A stretch of DNA of 56,765 nt, taken from positions 1-56,765 of the forward strand of contig PFAJ01000006.1 of the NCBI GenBank assembly GCA_002773695.1, in the 5' to 3' direction. Shown here piece after piece: positions 51,101 through 56,765 of the stretch. This DNA is from Candidatus Doudnabacteria bacterium CG10_big_fil_rev_8_21_14_0_10_41_10 (lineage in GTDB: Bacteria > Patescibacteriota > Doudnabacteria > UBA920 > 2-01-FULL-50-11). The number at the start of each line of letters is the position of its first letter. The first letter of the stretch is position 1. Under the pieces are notes generated by a model, which ran no database searches, was not told the origin of the DNA, and worked only from the letters and a program-made list of their open reading frames with translations. A program made the translations under genes and the position numbers.

Positions 51101-51799
51101 TTAGCTAAATTTCGCCGCAATTCCTCCGACAATATAACCAACCACCAGGGCAACTGTCCCAAGTGATAAGATTCGTCCACCAGCTTTAAACCAAGATCCT
51201 TTTGTATACTTGGTTGTTGCCACGCCTAGCGCAAACAAACCTGCCAGGGTGACAACGATAGAAACAGGCGTAGCGCGAGGCACTGACAAAATAAAATAAG
51301 CAAATAACGGAACCATTCCGCCAACAATATACGACGCATACATAAATATCGCTTTTTTAAGAGGACCGGTTGAAGGATCTTGGGCAATGCTCAACTCGCG
51401 GTAGGCCATCTCTTTGAGCATAAGTTTTTTATTTTCTGACGCGACTCGTGACATTTCTTGCACGATTTTATTGGGCCACCCGTCTTTAACAAATAAATTT
51501 TTCAGCTCTTCTTTTTCTTCTTTGGGATATTGTTGGATTTCCTCTTTTTCCTCCAAAAGCCTTCTTTGATTGACATCTTGTTCCGAGCGATTCGCCAGAT
51601 ACGAACCAATACCCATAGAAATTGATTCAACCGCGATGATAACCGTTCCCGCCAAAATAACCGTAAAATGATCCTGGCTCCCGATTGCTATACCGGTGAT
51701 TGCTCCAAGGGTCGAAACCATTCCGTCTTCAACGCCGAAAACAACCTCTCGAATAGTCGAACTGCTGGTTGTGTTATGTTGGTGATTATATTTTATCAT
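51101..51799 (-). CDS. VIT1/CCC1 family metal transporter
   Basis: VFG..DG.VS, SMG.G.Y, GG.VPL motifs. Confidence 0.92.
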   Translation of the reverse strand: MIKYNHQHNTTSSSTIREVVFGVEDGMVSTLGAITGIAIGSQDHFTVILAGTVIIAVESISMGIGSYLANRSEQDVNQRRLLEEKEEIQQYPKEEKEELKNLFVKDGWPNKIVQEMSRVASENKKLMLKEMAYRELSIAQDPSTGPLKKAIFMYASYIVGGMVPLFAYFILSVPRATPVSIVVTLAGLFALGVATTKYTKGSWFKAGGRILSLGTVALVVGYIVGGIAAKFS

Positions 51800-52108
51800 C
51801 AGCTCTAATTAATCAAGTATAAAGAAAATTCTCAAAAATATTTCAATTGTGTAGTGGAACGGTATTTATCTGGAAAAAATTTTTTACCATCGCTCCCCAT
51901 TTTTTGAGTATATTTATAAAAACACCAAAGAGACTTACCCGGAGAAATCCAAACTTTTTTTAATTTGTAAATCGTTTTTTTAGAGTCTTAAACACGCAAG
52001 ATTGTTACCTATTTAAATTATAACATAAAAAAAGATACGACAAATTGCGTAGCTTCTTGCGAGCCGGGCTTCGCCCGGCAAAAGACGGCAAGTGCGTAAG
52101 CCCTAAAC

Positions 52109-53209
52109 TTATCTCACAACCTCATACAACTCCACCGGCCCATCAGACCTTTCCACATTAAATTTTACCCGGCCCAGGGTTTGACCGCGTTGGGTTTTTA
52201 TATACACCCGCCAGGATCCGGGCGGTAAAACGGTTTTTAAAGAATACCCTCGGAAACCCTCACGCCGGCCGCCGATTAAATTAAAAGACAATCTATCTTT
52301 GACAATCCACTTGCCCTGCTGTTCATCGTAATATTGCCATTCATGAACAATCGCGGTGTTCAGTTCTTTGGGCGCGTAAATAGAGCTGAAAACATAGGCG
52401 GGTTGGCCCGGTCGCAGATGAATGCTTCGACCCGGAATTATTTTTTCCAAAAAACTTTCCCGCTCGCCGCGCAAAATATACTGCCCACCGCTTTTCGCGA
52501 TACTATGGTAAACACCGATCTCGCGCATTGCCAGAGGCACGGGAGGAAGAAGGTTGGTAAAATAAAATAAGTTGATAATCAGTAAAATAGACGCGACGGA
52601 AATAGTTAAATATGAACCGTTAAATTTTTCCGCACCCGCGTTTTTTTTCAGAAGCCATGAAAATAACGCGATGTATACTGAGGTTATAGCCCCGGACAAA
52701 ACAAACAATAATGGACTTAGGGAATTGAAGATAAAAGGCAGACTAACAGAAAATATGGAAAGGGTGGCAAAAAAATAAACGCTTAACTGTACTGTGGGCC
52801 GCGCAAAGTGATGCCTCAAAGCGTCATTTGAAATCATGAGCGCTACAAAAGCCAAAATAAACGGCCAACTTACCCAGACGCTTCCGGAAAACCAATAAAA
52901 AATAAAAGAGTTGCTTAACATCCCTCCAAAGGTAAACTGCACCACCAGCGGGATAAACAGCCGGACATATTTGAACCTTTCCGGTAGTTTACCGGCATCA
53001 AACGCGTAAATAAAAATAATAGCGGAAGCGCAAATTACCCAGTAAATAAAAAGGATAATAATGGCGGTGTTGACTTGAATGTTAACAAAGGTAATATAGT
53101 CGCCCAAAAAACCGAAAGCCAAAGTCACCGGCATCAGCCAGCGTTCATATTTGGCGTAAAATTCTTTGACTTTTTGATAATGAAATTTGAAAGCAAAAAC
53201 CCTGCGCAT
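52109..53209 (-). CDS. Membrane protein with DUF2914-like C-terminal domain
   Basis: About 7 TM; PPVPL, H.W, GGR..GFRGYS.K, G.WRV motifs. Confidence 0.75.
   Translation of the reverse strand: MRRVFAFKFHYQKVKEFYAKYERWLMPVTLAFGFLGDYITFVNIQVNTAIIILFIYWVICASAIIFIYAFDAGKLPERFKYVRLFIPLVVQFTFGGMLSNSFIFYWFSGSVWVSWPFILAFVALMISNDALRHHFARPTVQLSVYFFATLSIFSVSLPFIFNSLSPLLFVLSGAITSVYIALFSWLLKKNAGAEKFNGSYLTISVASILLIINLFYFTNLLPPVPLAMREIGVYHSIAKSGGQYILRGERESFLEKIIPGRSIHLRPGQPAYVFSSIYAPKELNTAIVHEWQYYDEQQGKWIVKDRLSFNLIGGRREGFRGYSLKTVLPPGSWRVYIKTQRGQTLGRVKFNVERSDGPVELYEVVR
53097..53201. repeat. 105-bp direct repeat, copy 1
   Basis: Near-identical to 54778-54882. Confidence 0.92.
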
Positions 53210-53387
53210 ATATTCTCTGTATACCCCGTGAAGATGCGGAGCATATTCTACCAGAGTCGCCCCGCAAAAGCCCCTTCATTAGCCTCTCCTTTAGTGAGGG
53301 GAGATGTCCCGAGCGGAGTCGAGGGGTAGAGACCTTAAAGGGTGATCCGGGATCCAGATGCTATCTTAAAATTTTATTCTTCAAGCT

Positions 53388-53421
53388 TGCCTGCCTTCCG
53401 TAGCTTTTTGTGAAGGATGGG
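53388..53421. repeat. Stand-alone palindromic element related to the tRNA D-arm inserts
   Basis: Minus strand CCCATCCTTC...CTACGGAAGGCAGGCAA resembles YCCTCCTTC...GGRCARG. Confidence 0.55.
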
Positions 53422-53530
53422 TCAAGAAACACTTTAAAGTAAGTATAGACTTATTTTACCCATAAAAAAACTCGCTGACTGAAAAAGCCAAACGAGTGCG
53501 GACCCAGCTGGTGGATCGTCTGAGCTGTGA

Positions 53531-54535
53531 CTAGGTGGGGGCAAGGAAGGTAATGACCGCCTTTTCGAACTTCTGGTTCGTGAAGGTGAGCTGTCTGGCA
53601 AAATGTGTAAGCGGCGCAAAAACCAGACTGTAACTGAATGCTTCGCCTGGTAACAGTCCTCTGCTGTAATGATTAGAGCAACCGTTACTCCCCCAGAAAC
53701 TAAAGTCGCCGTCATTCGATCGCAGTTTCAGCCCTTCTCCTTCGTCAGAGACCATGTAGGTATCTTCGCTTTCGGGCTCGGATAGGCAAATCAACTTTCC
53801 CGTACAGCCGTTTCTGTACTCAACCCGGAGCACAAGAGCATTCGTGCCGAGCCGCATACCAACAATCCTCATGGTGGCGCAGCCTTCTAGAGTCTCATAC
53901 ATTAGATGCTGCCAGCTGAATACTTCAATGTAGCTCTTGCTAAGTTGCGGCTCCACGGTGTATTGGAAACCCGCGGAACCGGGCGGCGGAGGGGGCTCTG
54001 CCCGGGGAAACGAGCTGGCGCCAATATCGCTTGGGTGCAGCTCTGCAAACCGCTGGATCTTGTCAGCGTACTGCTTGACCGCTTCCCTGGTAAGGGACTG
54101 CATCTCCTCGCCCGTAACCGGGTGATACTTGTACCCCAGCGGCTGGAGGTCGATTTCCCCGTTAGAGAGAACGATGTAAACATAGCGCGGCTGGCCTGTA
54201 ACGGGGTTAAAATACTCGCCTGCGCCGGGCAGCGAAACAACGTACATCAGAAGCATCCATCCGGTAATAGCGGCGCCGAAGATGAGTGTTCCCTGTTCGG
54301 TGCGCCGGAGTATGAACTTCCAGATCAAGTGTCGCAGGAGCAAAGCGGCGATGGTCATCATCGCCACACTCATCGCGTTCACTAGATAGTCGTTAGTCAC
54401 GCCGACGCCGCGAAAAGTGGACGCGAATTTGCTGAAAAGACCCCACAACATCAACAGGTCCAGAAGCCGCATGCCCGCCAAAACCACCAAAGCGGCAGTG
54501 ACGAGTTTACCCCAATTCTTCGATAGCAAGTTCAT
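53531..54535 (-). CDS. Hypothetical membrane protein with Pro linker and C-terminal beta-rich domain
   Basis: 334-aa ORF with 3 TM; visibly higher GC than flanks; ATGA overlap with the upstream ORF. Confidence 0.75.
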   Translation of the reverse strand: MNLLSKNWGKLVTAALVVLAGMRLLDLLMLWGLFSKFASTFRGVGVTNDYLVNAMSVAMMTIAALLLRHLIWKFILRRTEQGTLIFGAAITGWMLLMYVVSLPGAGEYFNPVTGQPRYVYIVLSNGEIDLQPLGYKYHPVTGEEMQSLTREAVKQYADKIQRFAELHPSDIGASSFPRAEPPPPPGSAGFQYTVEPQLSKSYIEVFSWQHLMYETLEGCATMRIVGMRLGTNALVLRVEYRNGCTGKLICLSEPESEDTYMVSDEGEGLKLRSNDGDFSFWGSNGCSNHYSRGLLPGEAFSYSLVFAPLTHFARQLTFTNQKFEKAVITFLAPT

Positions 54536-54705
54536 CGTTTCTTCCTCTTCTTCTGGATGCCGAGAGCGGCCGCAACGGCGAGAACGCTAAGAAATGTCCC
54601 CGCCAGAAACCATCGGTAAGGGTCACGGTTTTGCTTCTTCGCCCAGAAGGCTAGAGCAAAACCCATCCCCAAGGACAAAAATACAGCCATCACATAGCTG
54701 TTCAT
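54532..54705 (-). CDS. Small 57-aa two-TM protein (absent from the ORF track)
   Basis: MNSYVMAVFLSLGMGFALAFWAKKQNRDPYRWFLAGTFLSVLAVAAALGIQKKRKKR; AGGAGG upstream; stop overlaps the next ATG. Confidence 0.75.
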   Translation of the reverse strand: MNSYVMAVFLSLGMGFALAFWAKKQNRDPYRWFLAGTFLSVLAVAAALGIQKKRKKR

Positions 54706-54743
54706 TATAACCTCCTAGAGGCTGGAATGTTCGATTAAACGTA

Positions 54744-54926
54744 TTATAACGAATGTTGATAATCCGGGCAATAACAGTAGTCGGCTAAAAAACCGAAAGC
54801 CAAAGTCACCGGCATCAGCCAGCGTTCATATTTGGCGTAAAATTCTTTGACTTTTTGATAATGAGATTTGAAAGCAAAAACCTTCCTGACGGAAATCCTG
54901 GATTTTTTAACTATCACATCTGACAT
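54744..54926 (-). pseudogene. Chimeric fragment containing direct repeat copy 2 (54778-54882)
   Basis: MSDVIVKKSRIS..VFA joined to a copy of the DUF2914-like N-terminus, then truncated. Confidence 0.65.
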
Positions 54927-54928
54927 TT

Positions 54929-55669
54929 TTATTCTCCTACCTGATAACAACCTTTCCATTCGTCAAAAGCCCGCGTGTAACCGTTTTTTTTGAAAATTGG
55001 TCTGATTGTAATAAAAAGGTTATGAAAGATACTGATCTTGTTTTTATCTAAAAGGTCATCGAGTTTTTTTATAAGTTCACCCTTTTTCCACGGAAATTTA
55101 GTTAATGGATATTTGTTTAGCTCCCATTCTAAATATTTATTATAGGGTCTGACTCTGCCTTCCAAAGCAAAAATCGCTTCCAAAAAAAATGGTATTCCTT
55201 CTATAACTTCGAGTTTTGCGGCTTTTTTAAACCCATCCCTCAGATTTTTTTCAACCCTAAAAACCTGATTTATAAAAGCTCCTAAAGCATTGCTAATAAT
55301 CACCTTCTGTTTTTTCTTTGGCATTCTTGCTTTTTCCCGCATAATTTTTTTAATCTTACCCGTCCTGTCAAACAAGGGTTTAAGATGCGCGAAATTATAC
55401 CTATCCCAAACCATTTTTGTGCCATACTCTGCGTGTTTTTTTAATCCGTCTAAAGTAAAAACCCCAATCTCGATTTGAGACTTCTCCCTGTTCCCATACT
55501 TTCGCCTATATAACTGTAAAACTTTATCTTTAACAATCATTTTGGCATCGTAATCCGAGTATTTAGTTTCCATCTTCTTACCTCTACTACCATCAACCCA
55601 AAAAGCGAGAACATTTTTGTCCTTTTTTACTTCCGCGATAATTTTCTGAAATTTATTATCTGTGTTTAT
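54929..55669 (-). CDS. Nucleotidyltransferase-superfamily protein (start codon uncertain)
   Basis: Frame stays open upstream of ATG 55573 and restores the GSRG....SDYD motif; only ATA/ATC/ATT-type starts are available before an in-frame TAA. Confidence 0.7.
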   Translation of the reverse strand: MNTDNKFQKIIAEVKKDKNVLAFWVDGSRGKKMETKYSDYDAKMIVKDKVLQLYRRKYGNREKSQIEIGVFTLDGLKKHAEYGTKMVWDRYNFAHLKPLFDRTGKIKKIMREKARMPKKKQKVIISNALGAFINQVFRVEKNLRDGFKKAAKLEVIEGIPFFLEAIFALEGRVRPYNKYLEWELNKYPLTKFPWKKGELIKKLDDLLDKNKISIFHNLFITIRPIFKKNGYTRAFDEWKGCYQVGE

Positions 55670-55726
55670 GATTTTGATTTATACATACTTTTATTATACA
55701 CCCCATCTTTTTTCTAAATCCATAAC

Positions 55727-56102
55727 ACTTGAATAATTAAAAAAATTCTTTTCCCAAAATGCAGAATCGCCAACTGCTTTTTTCGCCCAAGTTTCCTTAC
55801 GATTTGGTCGCCGACCTTGCCTCGCCGGAAGGCGGGACGAGCGAGGCGACTGCCTCTTGCTTGCAATTTCCTGTTTGATGGTTTCTGCCGGGCTTCCGCC
55901 AAAGGCGGACAGGCGAACCTGAATTCTATTTATATAGAAACAAAAAATGTCAACTTCTTTGGACCTAGGGAGAATCGAACTCCCCTCTCCGCCTTGCAAA
56001 GGCGGCGTCGTACCACTAGACCATAGGCCCTTAATAATTTAGCGGACCAAATGCTTGTCCACCGAATCCGCCATAGGCGGAGAAGGAGGAAGCTAAGGGC
56101 CC
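55727..56102 (-). pseudogene. Fragmented tRNA-Ala(TGC) gene enclosing the intact tRNA-Ala
   Basis: Ordered pieces GGGCCCTTAGCT (56091-56102), CATTTGGT (56046-56053), TTGCAAGCAAGAGGCAGTCG (55847-55866), possible TTCAAGT (55727-55733); 3' acceptor strand not found. Confidence 0.65.
55960..56030 (-). tRNA. tRNA-Ala(TGC)
   Basis: Acceptor GGGCCTA/TAGGTCC with G3:U70; anticodon arm CCGCC-TTTGCAA-GGCGG; GTTCGATTC T-loop; CCA not encoded. Confidence 0.95.
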
Positions 56103-56119
56103 ATAGTGGAAAAGCTTTT

Positions 56120-56317
56120 TTAGAAATATCCGAAAAGATGCAAAATTGAACCAATAATAAGTGCCACTCCAAAAAGTTTTAAAAATGTAAACGTCCCACC
56201 CCCGCCAAGATATTTTTCTGCGTCCGGGTCTTGTCCCATAAACCGATAAATCGCGGGCGTATACTTCAAAATTATAAATCCGAGAATTATTACCAGTATG
56301 CTATTGAATATTCCCAT
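56120..56317 (-). CDS. Small two-TM hypothetical protein
   Basis: 65-aa ORF with AEKYLG.GGT..F.KL.G motif between hydrophobic helices. Confidence 0.75.
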   Translation of the reverse strand: MGIFNSILVIILGFIILKYTPAIYRFMGQDPDAEKYLGGGGTFTFLKLFGVALIIGSILHLFGYF

Positions 56318-56348
56318 ATTTTTAATTTTAATTTTTTAGACTTTCCGA

Positions 56349-56659
56349 TGGGTGTGAGAGGACTCGAATCTAAAAATACAATTTTGATACGATTCGCTTA
56401 ATCTTAATAAGGAATCGATGTTGATTTCCCAAACATACCCCCGACCTTAAGTAGCAAATGCTTCGCATGGCGACAGGAGTATAACTCTTCATTATAATTT
56501 AGTCTCTTGGTGGGCACGGATGGATTTGAACCATCGACCTTCTCATTATCAGTGAGATGCTCTAACCGGGCTGAGCTACGTGCCCAAAATTTTTAACCAA
56601 CTGCCTGCCCTCCTTAGTCCTCGATGTAAAATCGAGATGAAGGAGGGAACTACACACCC
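56349..56659 (-). pseudogene. Fragmented tRNA (Ile-like) gene enclosing the intact tRNA-Ile
   Basis: Ordered pieces GGGTGTGTAGTT (56648-56659), CAGTTGGTTA (56594-56603), TTATAATGAAG (56487-56497), AGGTCGGGGG (56438-56447), TTCGAGTCCTCTCACACCCA (56349-56368); perfect 7-bp acceptor stem across 310 bp. Confidence 0.75.
56508..56585 (-). tRNA. tRNA-Ile(GAT)
   Basis: GGGCACG/CGTGCCC acceptor; TCTCA-CTGATAA-TGAGA anticodon arm; GTTCAAATC T-loop; encoded CCA. Confidence 0.96.
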
Positions 56660-56671
56660 CAGACTTTCCAT

Positions 56672-56700
56672 ACTTTAACAGGTTTTTTAAAACAAGTCAA
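56672..56700 (-). promoter_or_regulatory. Sigma70-type promoter for the tRNA locus
   Basis: TTGACT, 17-bp spacer, TAAAGT with TGn extension; 12 bp upstream of the fragmented tRNA 5' end. Confidence 0.7.
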
Positions 56701-56765
56701 AGCAAACGTACTGTGCCACTACCTTGGAAACACTTAGGGTATTCTTAAGATGAGTAATTAAAGAA

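Noticed and set aside
53097..54882. 105-bp repeat pair as a DGR template/variable repeat
   Set aside because: Few mismatches, not confined to adenines; the repeat lies at the gene 5' end and there is no reverse transcriptase in the window
55756..55927. GC-rich structured stretch as a 6S, SRP or riboswitch RNA
   Set aside because: No diagnostic motif recognised; better explained as tRNA-Ala fragments plus hairpin inserts. An Rfam search would settle it
56370..56438. GTATGT...TTTTTAG resembling a spliceosomal intron
   Set aside because: Bacterial context, and those boundaries would disrupt the T-stem; treated as coincidence
55960..56585. tRNA-Ile/tRNA-Ala pair as an rRNA spacer
   Set aside because: No 16S or 23S sequence flanks them; a protein gene lies between them and they have their own promoter

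Overview
Bacterial chromosome segment whose gene content and repeat style suggest Patescibacteria/CPR (an inference, not a taxonomic search). Most genes are on the minus strand. It holds: (1) a ~30 kb surface-glycan cluster (GT2/GT4/GT-C glycosyltransferases, RfbH-like and ThDP enzymes, methyltransferases, AsnB, UDP-sugar enzymes, O-antigen-ligase/TPR protein); (2) a 1275-aa S-layer-like protein; (3) a type IV pilus operon (pilMNO, pilB, pilT, pilC, pilD, six pilins or pilin-like genes) interspersed with four copies of a ~250-bp MITE; (4) a dead IS481-like element, a VIT1 transporter, a DUF2914-like gene and a 1.7-kb GC-rich island between 105-bp direct repeats; (5) tRNA-Ala(TGC) and tRNA-Ile(GAT). 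The most striking observation is that each intact tRNA gene lies inside the ordered fragments of a different gene of the same isotype. Both fragmented genes are broken by short insertions at matching positions: nt 12/13 (related palindromic elements), about 32/33 and about 53/54. Short palindromic elements are also inserted in frame in asnB (twice), a GT4 gene and a prepilin leader.
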